Origin: Escherichia phage alia | Strand: one strand, 5' to 3' | Sequence record: NC_052655.1 | Length of the DNA: 64,000 nucleotides | In this document: in pieces, positions 16,906 to 25,483 of the stretch | Position numbering within the stretch: position 1 is the stretch's first letter | Layout of the letters: each line of letters begins with the position of its first letter | Made by a program: the position numbers and the translations under genes | Notes under the pieces: model-generated | Told to the model about the DNA's origin: nothing | The model's input: the letters and a program-made list of their open reading frames with translations, nothing else | The model's database searches: none

Positions 16906-17193
16906 ATGGAACTAGTACAAGAAGTTTATGAAAAACTAAAAGAAGAGAATCTTGATTGGCCTGAACATGCTCTTATTGTCGTCAAAGATACTAATGGTGA
17001 AATAAAATTCTCAAGTGTAAGTGAAGACGATGTTGTTTTAAGTCCTACAGGATATTATATGAGAGGTGTTACGTGTCTATTCAACACCAAAGTGTATCCT
17101 GAAGTTAAACTTAGTTACGGTGAACCTGATCATCCAGAAATCGTTACACGTAATGAATATGAAAATTATTATTTTGCTCGTGAAAGCAAATAA
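16906..17193 (+). CDS. hypothetical protein (95 aa)
   Basis: ORF track; GAGGAGG RBS. Confidence 0.55.
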   Translation: MELVQEVYEKLKEENLDWPEHALIVVKDTNGEIKFSSVSEDDVVLSPTGYYMRGVTCLFNTKVYPEVKLSYGEPDHPEIVTRNEYENYYFARESK

Positions 17194-17201
17194 GGAAAAC
17201 T

Positions 17202-17525
17202 ATGCAAAAAATAAACACTGGTTCTCGTCCTAAACAGAAGCAAACAAAAGCAAGGGTATCTTATGTTGATAACTCTTGTTATAATTTTAAAAATGTTAAA
17301 GAAGTCATCATTGACGAAAAAGAAGGTTTGATTCACATTTCATCTGAACGTTTGAAAGGTAGTGTTACTCTTCGTGAGAATGTATCTATACCTATGAAAG
17401 TTGTGGTTACACTCTGTGTTGATAAGCCAGATGTTGTTAACTATTATGTGTTCCGTGATAGTTGTATTTCATCACATAATAAGATTTTTAAATCTTCGCA
17501 CGTTAAAACAAAACACATTGTATAA
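17202..17525 (+). CDS. hypothetical protein (107 aa)
   Basis: ORF track; AAGGAAAACT upstream; followed by terminator. Confidence 0.55.
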   Translation: MQKINTGSRPKQKQTKARVSYVDNSCYNFKNVKEVIIDEKEGLIHISSERLKGSVTLRENVSIPMKVVVTLCVDKPDVVNYYVFRDSCISSHNKIFKSSHVKTKHIV

Positions 17526-17531
17526 CACATA

Positions 17532-17553
17532 AACCCGCTTCGGCGGGTTTTCT
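17532..17553 (+). terminator. rho-independent terminator
   Basis: AACCCGC-TTCG-GCGGGTT hairpin followed by TTCTTG. Confidence 0.5.
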
Positions 17554-17610
17554 TGTATGTATGCTCTTTATCTGTTATAAACACTTTTAGCATAAACAAT
17601 AGGAGGTATT

Positions 17611-17832
17611 ATGTCTGTAGTTGTAGAAGGTAGTATTGGTTTCTTAGTAGATAATCCTCACCCTTTCGTGGTTAAGGTTCATATTCAAGAAAAGGTAAGC
17701 AACAATACGTGGCTGTGCTTGTTAGATAGTAAGATACACTCTTATACAGAGGTTTATCTTCACACTTGGCAAATTGGTACAATAACAGCAGAGGATGAAT
17801 TGATAATTGAACTATATGAACGAGATCTATAG
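17611..17832 (+). CDS. hypothetical protein (73 aa)
   Basis: ORF track; AGGAGG RBS. Confidence 0.5.
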   Translation: MSVVVEGSIGFLVDNPHPFVVKVHIQEKVSNNTWLCLLDSKIHSYTEVYLHTWQIGTITAEDELIIELYERDL

Positions 17833-17910
17833 ATGACTTTACTAGAGAGTATTGTAGTGTTAATCATCTTTATCATTATTGTCATAGGATATTTTACAGA
17901 AGACTAAAAT

Positions 17911-17946
17911 AAAGCCCCTAGAAGCGATTCTAGGGGCTTTTGTTTG
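17911..17946. terminator. bidirectional rho-independent terminator at the plus/minus strand switch
   Basis: GCCCCTAG-AAGCGATT-CTAGGGGC hairpin flanked by an A-run upstream and a T-run downstream; sits between convergent gene ends 17832(+) and 18008(-). Confidence 0.6.
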
Positions 17947-18007
17947 CATTAGGTAGGGAAACGTATTACTAGAATAAAAAGTGCGTTAGAATGCGTTACA
18001 GGAGGTT

Positions 18008-18265
18008 TTAAGAATGCATAAAATCTTCTTCAGGGCAGGTTGAGAGATAAGAGATGCACGTTGGGACAACAACAACATTATCTTTAAGGTTTTCAACCAA
18101 GCCTTTTGTAATCCCAGCCACTGCCCCGTTAATATCTGCTTGACGGATACCAAAGCCTTGTTGTGCGGATAGATAACAAAATCCCTCACCTTTCTGTTGA
18201 TTGTTATTGAAGTAATAAACGTAGTGCATCATAAAATGGTCTTTAACGATTTGCTCTGTGGTCAT
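18008..18265 (-). CDS. hypothetical protein (85 aa)
   Basis: ORF track; minus-strand AGGAG RBS upstream of ATG; last gene of the minus-strand block. Confidence 0.5.
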   Translation of the reverse strand: MTTEQIVKDHFMMHYVYYFNNNQQKGEGFCYLSAQQGFGIRQADINGAVAGITKGLVENLKDNVVVVPTCISYLSTCPEEDFMHS

Positions 18266-18282
18266 AATATTCTCCTATAAGA

Positions 18283-18300
18283 AAAGGGGCTTTCGCCCCC
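18283..18300 (-). terminator. rho-independent terminator (GGGGCTTTCGCCCC family)
   Basis: Minus-strand RNA would form GGGGGCGAAAGCCCC followed by UUUU; downstream of the Sir2-like gene. The same core recurs at 29567 and 42655. Confidence 0.5.
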
Positions 18301-18309
18301 TTGGTTAAG

Positions 18310-19122
18310 TTATTTAGTCAAATGATCTTCTATCATTTTTATGAAAGCAGGATTGCTAAAAGCATCTGCGGCTTTTTCTCGATAAACAAAGACTCCTCTA
18401 TCTTCGTAAAGAAGAGTTTCTTCGTAATTAATTCCTGGGTTAACAACAATCATTTTTGTACCCATATTAAGTGCAGGGAATAATTCCCAATTAAAATTAA
18501 TAACTTGGTTTGAACATCCTACTACAACAACCAAATCTTGCATGGTCAAAGTATCAAACAAGTGAGCCATATCTGCATACAAAGGTGCAGCCTCACCAAA
18601 AAATACAACATTAGGCTTCACCCAGTTATAATCATCTATGTTTATATTGTTGTAACCGATATCTACCAGTGTCTTGTAATCTCCAGGATGCATACGATAA
18701 ACTACTTCAGGAAGATATCCGTGCACGTGAATAACAGAATTTCTGTCTACACCTGCTCGCTCTAGTAGATCATCAACGTTTGTTGTCAAGTTTACTATTT
18801 GGTTAGGATATTCCTTAAACCACTTTGCTATTTGAATATGTGCAGCATTAGGTTGTACATCTTTAAGCTCAACACGTCTTTTGTTATAAAATTCGTGTGT
18901 TTTGGCATACAAATCCATACCGTTTTCGTCTACACCACCAACCACTGGAAGATCTGGAGATGTTCTCACACGATAACCTGCTTGGAAAGCTCCAATATCG
19001 CAGATCTCTTCTAAATCATATTCTTCCCATAAAGCACGACCACTATCTGTGTCTGTTCGGAATGTTCGAATCCCACTGTCTGCACTTAAACCTGCGCCAC
19101 TGACAAAAATTACTCTTCGCAT
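18310..19122 (-). CDS. Sir2-family NAD-dependent deacylase/ADP-ribosyltransferase-like protein
   Basis: N-terminus VIFVSGAGLSADSGIRTFR matches the Sir2 Rossmann signature GAGIS-x3-GIP-x-FR; 270 aa. Confidence 0.7.
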   Translation of the reverse strand: MRRVIFVSGAGLSADSGIRTFRTDTDSGRALWEEYDLEEICDIGAFQAGYRVRTSPDLPVVGGVDENGMDLYAKTHEFYNKRRVELKDVQPNAAHIQIAKWFKEYPNQIVNLTTNVDDLLERAGVDRNSVIHVHGYLPEVVYRMHPGDYKTLVDIGYNNINIDDYNWVKPNVVFFGEAAPLYADMAHLFDTLTMQDLVVVVGCSNQVINFNWELFPALNMGTKMIVVNPGINYEETLLYEDRGVFVYREKAADAFSNPAFIKMIEDHLTK

Positions 19123-19664
19123 TCAATATCCTCTTCGTAATCATCATACCAAGAAGATGCGTCGTAACGCTCTTCCTCTTCGAAATCCCAATTAATTTCT
19201 ACTCCAAAATCTAAAAACAATTTAACAATGTTTTCTGTAGAGTAGTATTTATCATAAGCATTAGCTAGTTCCCAATACTTATCACTCAATTTTTTATAAT
19301 TAGGATCATTGTAATCATGAGCTACTTTATCACCATAATCATACATCTCTTCTTCAGCTTTAAGCATAGCTTCTGGTGTAAGAAGATTAGGGAACGGACG
19401 ATTTCTTTCTTTTAACTTAGAAGCAATCCAGTTTGCAACATTCGCCACTTCACCATCTCGATTATCACCTAAACAACTTGCATAATCTCCATCTTCGTAA
19501 GTGCCTAAATCCCCACTGACTTCATGTACAATAGATGAATACGATCCACACGTTTCACAATCTGAAAAAGTGTCTACTGTTGTAATATCAATAGATAAAA
19601 CTGGTAAAGCCATAGCTTCTTTCACACAAGCCTCCTCATATAATAACATATCATCAAAACCCAT
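19110..19664 (-). CDS. hypothetical acidic protein (184 aa)
   Basis: ORF track 19110..19679 (TTG start); ATG 19664 with GGAGGA RBS chosen. Very acidic, Tyr/Asp/Glu-rich. Confidence 0.5.
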   Translation of the reverse strand: MGFDDMLLYEEACVKEAMALPVLSIDITTVDTFSDCETCGSYSSIVHEVSGDLGTYEDGDYASCLGDNRDGEVANVANWIASKLKERNRPFPNLLTPEAMLKAEEEMYDYGDKVAHDYNDPNYKKLSDKYWELANAYDKYYSTENIVKLFLDFGVEINWDFEEEERYDASSWYDDYEEDIECEE

Positions 19665-19682
19665 ATATCCTCCAGACAAATA

Positions 19683-19702
19683 AAGCCCCTGGTTGGGGCT
19701 TT
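19683..19702 (-). terminator. rho-independent terminator candidate
   Basis: AAGCCCC-TGGTT-GGGGCTT hairpin; minus-strand transcript has a U-rich tail; the RBS of the next gene follows. Confidence 0.4.
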
Positions 19703-19718
19703 GGTTAAGTTTTATGGA

Positions 19719-20330
19719 TTATACCAGACTTTTAAGGTACTTGTCAAGGGCTTCTTGATCACCTTGACAAACATAGCAACGGAAGTCTTGAGCAGAAGGT
19801 TCTTTATCCTCTTCCCAATCCCAATAGACAGTACCTTTATAGCGTGAGCCTGGGAACTCGAAGTATGCTACATGGGTAATATGGTGTGGGCCACCCCAAA
19901 ACTCTGTAAAAGTAAATTGAGGATACGCTGCTTTAACTGTATTTTCAAACCAAGTTTTACGATCTAATGCTTCGTTTATAAAATAAGCATGGCGTTCCAT
20001 TTCATCCCAATCTTTCCAAACGCATTTTTCATCCAGAGAAAAAACAAAATTCTCACTGTTAAAATCGTCTGTATCTGATTCCAAAATATCATAATCATGT
20101 GCGCTAGGTATCCACCATCCAGCTTCTAATAGGGCTTTCGCAGGTACAAAACCTTTTTCAGCGTATTGATCAAATTCTTTTACTCTACGTACAGTGCAGT
20201 ATTCATCTTCACCACCAATATCCAGTATACAAGCGCCTTTGCGTCTTGCTGCAAGACCATGTGTATCAAAAACTACAACACTACCTTCACCATCTTCACG
20301 ATCTACTTGATATGCAACTTTTTGAGTCAT
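19719..20330 (-). CDS. hypothetical protein (203 aa)
   Basis: ORF track. Confidence 0.55.
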   Translation of the reverse strand: MTQKVAYQVDREDGEGSVVVFDTHGLAARRKGACILDIGGEDEYCTVRRVKEFDQYAEKGFVPAKALLEAGWWIPSAHDYDILESDTDDFNSENFVFSLDEKCVWKDWDEMERHAYFINEALDRKTWFENTVKAAYPQFTFTEFWGGPHHITHVAYFEFPGSRYKGTVYWDWEEDKEPSAQDFRCYVCQGDQEALDKYLKSLV

Positions 20331-20453
20331 ATTACCCCCAATGTATATGGGAAATTAACCAAAAGATAAATTCCCAAAAACACCAACCAAGAAAAGTTAA
20401 TGGAATTATAAAAGCTATCAGAGCAGTCTTCCAGCCTTTCCACAATGTTTCCA

Positions 20454-21443
20454 TCATTCCTCCATACACTTAAGAATATGTGCAATGACAGGTATAGTCC
20501 AACCATTACCTAACATCTTATATGCTTGTGTGTTACTACTCACTTTAAAGTAATCATCAGGAACACCTTGCAAGCGGCAACACTCTTTAACCGTTAACTT
20601 TCTATAATGTACACCTTCACTCAATTTTTCAAAGGCATCCAGATATCTTCCAGGTGGAATGTAAGCTAATAGTACGTCTTTCGGCACAGTCGTGAGGCAA
20701 CGAGTTTTTTCACTGTCCTGAACTTCCAAGCAATGTACCAAACGATCAGTTTTAGATGTACTACGTTTGCCATTTTCATTAATTCTACGCCCATATATTG
20801 CTGCTGGATAAAAAACCAGTTGTCTGCGACTCTTTTCAAAATATTGTTCTATATTACCACCTTTGGCATAATTTGCATCTATGCAATAAGCCTTATCCCT
20901 GTCTACAATACTATCATCTTCAATGATATCTTGCAACACTTCATTGGTAATATCCCAAGGTTTTATTTCCCAATTGCACCAGTATAAACGTTGTCTATTC
21001 TGTGCAGTGAAATCTGCGGAGTTAATGAATACGGGATCAACACCTAAGTAACTTGTGATCACGTTTTCCCACTCCACCTTCATCTTAACGTTTTCAAGCA
21101 TGAACTTAACATTAGGGTTAAACTTTTTAATATGTTCAAGAATTTCAACATATTCAAAGAACAGTTTAGATCGCGGATCTTGAAAGTTCAAACCCTTACC
21201 AGAAGAAGAGAAGCCTTGGCACGGGCTACCACCTAACAAAAGATCAATTTCTCCCCACGGGATATCCCATTCTCTCCATTTTGTAACATCACCTAATTGA
21301 ATAATATCTGGAAAATTGGCTTGGCTTTCAGCTATGGCAAATTTATCCAATTCTGAGGCATAATACTTATCTACTTCAATACCTGCACTTTTTAGTGCAA
21401 GCATTCCTCCTGACATACCATCAAAAAGACTTAAAACTTTCAT
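20454..21443 (-). CDS. DNA cytosine-5 methyltransferase
   Basis: Motif I LSLFDGMSGG (FxGxG), motif IV GGSPCQGFSSSG (PCQ), motif VI ENV, motif VIII QNRQRLYW and motif X GNGWTIPV seen in order in the translation. Confidence 0.85.
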   Translation of the reverse strand: MKVLSLFDGMSGGMLALKSAGIEVDKYYASELDKFAIAESQANFPDIIQLGDVTKWREWDIPWGEIDLLLGGSPCQGFSSSGKGLNFQDPRSKLFFEYVEILEHIKKFNPNVKFMLENVKMKVEWENVITSYLGVDPVFINSADFTAQNRQRLYWCNWEIKPWDITNEVLQDIIEDDSIVDRDKAYCIDANYAKGGNIEQYFEKSRRQLVFYPAAIYGRRINENGKRSTSKTDRLVHCLEVQDSEKTRCLTTVPKDVLLAYIPPGRYLDAFEKLSEGVHYRKLTVKECCRLQGVPDDYFKVSSNTQAYKMLGNGWTIPVIAHILKCMEE

Positions 21444-21856
21444 TATTGCTTCTTCTCCTTAACACTAGCTGGTAATTCTGCCTTAAGGCAGAAGTTTAAA
21501 CGGTAAGCCTCATTTTCATTTAAAAGTACAGATTCACACGACAACCAGAACAAGAGATCCTCAATACTAGGACTGTGAAGCCAACAGTGCAGAAGAGAAT
21601 GTTGTTCTATATCAATGTAATTTAGCAACAAGCCTTGTAAGGCGTAACTAGTTCCTGTCGTTTTTGCTTTTTCAAGGATGATATTGTGTTTACTAACAAC
21701 CTTCTTTCTAAGACCAAACCATTTACTAACAACAACAGTTTCTTCTTGTAGTTGTTTTCTTATTTTCTCACATTCTTTAACTACAATCTGCATCTTATCC
21801 ACTGCTGATTGAAGTTGTTCTTTTGTTGGGTTTACAAAATAGTCACTATAATACAT
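21443..21856 (-). CDS. hypothetical protein (137 aa)
   Basis: ORF track; ATGA-type overlap with the MTase gene. Confidence 0.5.
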   Translation of the reverse strand: MYYSDYFVNPTKEQLQSAVDKMQIVVKECEKIRKQLQEETVVVSKWFGLRKKVVSKHNIILEKAKTTGTSYALQGLLLNYIDIEQHSLLHCWLHSPSIEDLLFWLSCESVLLNENEAYRLNFCLKAELPASVKEKKQ

Positions 21857-21879
21857 GCTAATCTCCTCTTCTGTTTTTG

Positions 21880-21935
21880 TGTAGTTTATTCGAAAAGACT
21901 GGTGTTGTCAACAAAAAACCCGCCGAAGCGGGTTT
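21880..21935 (-). promoter_or_regulatory. intrablock terminator hairpin followed by candidate minus-strand promoter
   Basis: Minus-strand AACCCGC-TTCG-GCGGGTT plus U-run (plus 21911-21935), then minus-strand TTGACA, 17-nt spacer, TAAACT within plus 21880-21910. Confidence 0.4.
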
Positions 21936-21938
21936 ATA

Positions 21939-22196
21939 TTATTCTACAGGAATTTCTTCACCAAGAGAAACTTCCAAACGGAATGCTTTACTTTCAATAC
22001 ATTCACTACCTTTTAAGAAATCGAATTGCACTATAGACTGACTTAATAGAATAGATAGAATCACATCGCAATCTTCACTAGGAGCCAGATGTTTGTATTC
22101 TTCCTTCAAGGTAACATCATAAAAACATAAATCCCCTACTCCTAGTTCATCCCATCCTTCCCACGCATCTACAAAGTTAAACTCTAAACCTTTCAT
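21939..22196 (-). CDS. hypothetical protein (85 aa)
   Basis: ORF track. Confidence 0.5.
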   Translation of the reverse strand: MKGLEFNFVDAWEGWDELGVGDLCFYDVTLKEEYKHLAPSEDCDVILSILLSQSIVQFDFLKGSECIESKAFRLEVSLGEEIPVE

Positions 22197-22717
22197 ACAA
22201 CCTCCTCGTAATTGTTATTGTGTTTTACTGTCTCAACATACAATAAAGATTCCATCTGTAAGACATTACCAGAAATAATAAACCCATAAGCCATTTCAGA
22301 TGTGTCTATATCATACGCCCCGTCTTCCGGTTTGGCAAAGTGTAAAACTATTTCATCTGGGTTTTCTTCATCCCATATTTTAGAAATTTTCCGAACCAGA
22401 ATATTAGCTAAAATAGTTGACATTCGGGATAAAGCTGTATCCTCGTATCTTTTAAAACCTAACCAATAGAGATTAAGAATTTCTACTTCTTCTTGTGTTA
22501 AGTTTTTGTCTAAAGTAATCAGATCTGTAGGATACATCGTTTTTGTTGAATCTACTATTACAAAACCTGGAGTGTTATGAAAAACAATCTTAACTTTATC
22601 ACGTATGAAGTTTAAACCTTGTGCCTCAACTATGTATTGTATTGTAGGTACAATATCGTTTGTTACATCAATAAAGCTATCTTTAATGACGCTTATATTA
22701 TTTCTGGACAAGACCAT
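22193..22717 (-). CDS. hypothetical protein (174 aa)
   Basis: ORF track. Confidence 0.55.
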   Translation of the reverse strand: MVLSRNNISVIKDSFIDVTNDIVPTIQYIVEAQGLNFIRDKVKIVFHNTPGFVIVDSTKTMYPTDLITLDKNLTQEEVEILNLYWLGFKRYEDTALSRMSTILANILVRKISKIWDEENPDEIVLHFAKPEDGAYDIDTSEMAYGFIISGNVLQMESLLYVETVKHNNNYEEVV

Positions 22718-23276
22718 TCTCCTCTAAAATAGGTTTAATAAATTCGAAGATTTGTTTTTTACTTTTACCTCGAATATTAAAACAAGGAACATTAAACTTT
22801 TTAGCCAACATCCAAGCTGTTCTTGTACCACCTAAAGGATCTCCATTTTTATCTGTATTTGCACAAGCTAAAAGAAAACAAGATGGTTTTGGATTCTCAA
22901 GATCTCTGCCAAGAACTTGGTGGATATTCCTTTGATGTAATTTTTTAGCACCTTGGGATAATCTGTCCCAAGCTGGATGCAATTCTTTTGCATATTGCAA
23001 AGTTAGAGCATAGTTCACACTGTCTGGTCTGTCAAGAACAATAACCTCTCCCTCTATCTCATTACCTTTAAACGAAGGCCAAGGAATGTATATTTCTTTC
23101 TTTGTATTGTTTCCACTATCATATACCCCGCATTCAAATGCGGAATCTGCACCTTCTGCTTTACCAGATCGCAAAATGAACCATGTAGATAACCATTTTG
23201 CAACAGCTACCATAGTGTCCCATTCTTCGTCTGTAATATCTCTGCTACCAACACCTGTGTAGAATAAATCGCTCAT
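22698..23276 (-). CDS. SLOG/DprA-like Rossmann-fold protein
   Basis: ORF track 22698..23393; start moved to the internal ATG (MSDLFYTGVGSRD...). GxGSR...SGxAxGADxA pattern resembles the DprA/Smf/LOG (SLOG) nucleotide-binding fold. Confidence 0.45.
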   Translation of the reverse strand: MSDLFYTGVGSRDITDEEWDTMVAVAKWLSTWFILRSGKAEGADSAFECGVYDSGNNTKKEIYIPWPSFKGNEIEGEVIVLDRPDSVNYALTLQYAKELHPAWDRLSQGAKKLHQRNIHQVLGRDLENPKPSCFLLACANTDKNGDPLGGTRTAWMLAKKFNVPCFNIRGKSKKQIFEFIKPILEENGLVQK

Positions 23277-23286
23277 GGTTTTCTCC

Positions 23287-23607
23287 TTAACAAGTAATAT
23301 TAGGAATAATACTGGGAGTAACAATTGGAGTAATAGGGTACGTAAACCAAGGGCTTCCAATTTCCCAAGGACTATAAGGTGTACGAGGATCAAATGGAGG
23401 CGTTACTTGAGGCTTTTTCCAAATCTCCGCTAGTTGTTTCTTCCATTTATCCCTTGCTGTATCGTTATCTTCATCCAACTGTTCGTCATTATCTTTTATT
23501 TCTGATTTTGGAAATAAAAGCTCTTTGACTAACTCAACGTCTTCCGTTTCAATAGTAGTTTCTTTCGTAATATTCCCTACCGTCTCTTTAATTGTGACTT
23601 TATACAT
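23287..23607 (-). CDS. hypothetical protein (106 aa)
   Basis: ORF track. Confidence 0.45.
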   Translation of the reverse strand: MYKVTIKETVGNITKETTIETEDVELVKELLFPKSEIKDNDEQLDEDNDTARDKWKKQLAEIWKKPQVTPPFDPRTPYSPWEIGSPWFTYPITPIVTPSIIPNITC

Positions 23608-24353
23608 TAGTCCTCCTCTAAAGTAGAATAAAATTGTAACGTATTTGAATCATCAAAATATGCAAAGGTTAAATTACCATTGAAGCAAGATCCTGTATCC
23701 ATATATACCCTATTACTGCTAATTACAGGTTTAGGAACATAAGAATGCCCGTGAAATACATAATCTACTCCTGAAACTCTAGGAAGAAGAATCCCTTCAA
23801 GGGCGCAATCTATCATATCACGATCCCACATTAAAGATTCTGTGAATCGAGATACTTGTTCTTTATTCATATTCGAACAAAATGGCAAAACTTCCGTCAC
23901 TGGTAGATGTTCCAAAACTGAAGGATATCCTCCGTGAATAAAGCCTAGTTTCATATTACGATAATTGACAACAAGTACAACAGGTAAGTCTTCTAGCATC
24001 AAAGCAAGAGCAGTTGCACCTTCTTCTCCACACTCGTTTAGAACTGTATGGCCTCCGTTCTGAAACCAACATTCGTAATATCGCCTATCACCTTCTAGCA
24101 ACCCTTTAATCATCATATCTTCGTGATTTCCACGAATAGCATAGCGATTTAGCTTTCTGGTGAATTCAACGGTACAACGAAAATTCTGCTTGCCGCGATC
24201 TGTAAGATCTCCTAAAGATACAACAACATCTTGATCTCGAATACCTAAAGTATTAACACCTTTCTGGTATAAATCAAAGCAACCATGTAAATCACCAATA
24301 ATAAACAGGTCTTGATCATCTTTTACACTAATTTCTTGATATACTAGCATCAA
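23607..24353 (-). CDS. Ser/Thr protein phosphatase (calcineurin-like metallophosphatase, PPP family)
   Basis: GDLHG, GDLTDRG and GNHE metal-binding motifs in canonical order and spacing. Confidence 0.8.
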   Translation of the reverse strand: MMLVYQEISVKDDQDLFIIGDLHGCFDLYQKGVNTLGIRDQDVVVSLGDLTDRGKQNFRCTVEFTRKLNRYAIRGNHEDMMIKGLLEGDRRYYECWFQNGGHTVLNECGEEGATALALMLEDLPVVLVVNYRNMKLGFIHGGYPSVLEHLPVTEVLPFCSNMNKEQVSRFTESLMWDRDMIDCALEGILLPRVSGVDYVFHGHSYVPKPVISSNRVYMDTGSCFNGNLTFAYFDDSNTLQFYSTLEED

Positions 24354-24676
24354 CTCTCCTCAAAATCCATAAGTATAAAGATATTAACTTTACCTTCTAT
24401 ATTATGTTCTACAACAAGATCTGCAAATTCTTTGTAGGCTTTTTCTTCTATTTGTTCAATGTGAGACGCTACATCTTTGTATATAGCGTCACCATCTACT
24501 TTAACAAGGAGGAATAGAGATCTTACCTCAATCTCTTTATTTTTGCGGGGTAGAAAATCGACGGCTTCTTGTATACGCCAGCCGAGATACCCTGGAGTCC
24601 TTTGAATATCCTCCAAATGACTTTCTAAGATTTCCCTTCCTTTGTCTATTAAAGCCTGTTCTGTCGTTATTTTCAT
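24350..24676 (-). CDS. hypothetical protein (108 aa)
   Basis: ORF track; ATGA overlap. Confidence 0.5.
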   Translation of the reverse strand: MKITTEQALIDKGREILESHLEDIQRTPGYLGWRIQEAVDFLPRKNKEIEVRSLFLLVKVDGDAIYKDVASHIEQIEEKAYKEFADLVVEHNIEGKVNIFILMDFEES

Positions 24677-24686
24677 CCCCTTCTCC

Positions 24687-25259
24687 TTAATGTGTTAATG
24701 AAACTGCGTAACTAAACACAGGTTCAGATATTACATCGGCTACAGTAATAAAAACGTCCTCATCTTGCGTTGTTTCTACACGACATACAGTTACACCATT
24801 TACTACAAATTCAACGCAATGTGGAATATCTTCACAAACGAATGTAGTGTAAGTAACACCCAAAGCATCATACAAAGATTTAACAGTATTTGCAAGTGCC
24901 GCAGTTTCTTCTTTTTCTGAGACAATGAATGCTGTAACAACAAGATTGTTTGCATAGTTTAGACTGTCCTCTATAGCCAATGATTTACAAGGTAGTAATG
25001 CAAAATATTTACCTGGTTTAATCAGACCTGCTTCCCATTGATTCAAAATTGCCTGGGATGGTTTAGTAATATAAAACAGATTTTCACTTGGGTTATCAAT
25101 ATTACTTCTGGCGATACAACGTGAAGGATTATTAATATCAAACACATGATCAAAATCTACACAAACTGGTAAACTGAAAGGTGTAAATTTTTTACCTAAT
25201 AATCCTACTGCTGACAATATGTTTGCTGTGCTTATCTTCCCGTTAAAAGCTAAACGCAT
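24687..25259 (-). CDS. hypothetical protein (190 aa)
   Basis: ORF track. Confidence 0.55.
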   Translation of the reverse strand: MRLAFNGKISTANILSAVGLLGKKFTPFSLPVCVDFDHVFDINNPSRCIARSNIDNPSENLFYITKPSQAILNQWEAGLIKPGKYFALLPCKSLAIEDSLNYANNLVVTAFIVSEKEETAALANTVKSLYDALGVTYTTFVCEDIPHCVEFVVNGVTVCRVETTQDEDVFITVADVISEPVFSYAVSLTH

Positions 25260-25270
25260 ATTTAACTCCT

Positions 25271-25474
25271 TTAACTAGCAACCGTAACTTCCGAACTTTC
25301 TTCTTTCGTACTGTCTACGATATGCCTGGTGGCAATATACGAGACTTGCCAGTTACCATCTGGTGTAGTCTCAATAAGTACCCTATCTACTTCGAGAAAA
25401 TGCAAAAATTCAACCATCGCTCGCTTCGATAGGAATTGTTTTTTAACAGTCTCCTCAAAAGATTGAACTGCCAT
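25271..25474 (-). CDS. hypothetical protein (67 aa)
   Basis: ORF track. Confidence 0.45.
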   Translation of the reverse strand: MAVQSFEETVKKQFLSKRAMVEFLHFLEVDRVLIETTPDGNWQVSYIATRHIVDSTKEESSEVTVAS

Positions 25475-25483
25475 GTTTCCTCC

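Noticed and set aside
18301-19103. Plus-strand track ORFs (18301..18483, 18538..18765, 18799..19014, 18897..19103) and 19501..19683
   Set aside because: All antisense to the well-supported Sir2-like gene and neighbour; no RBS; spurious.
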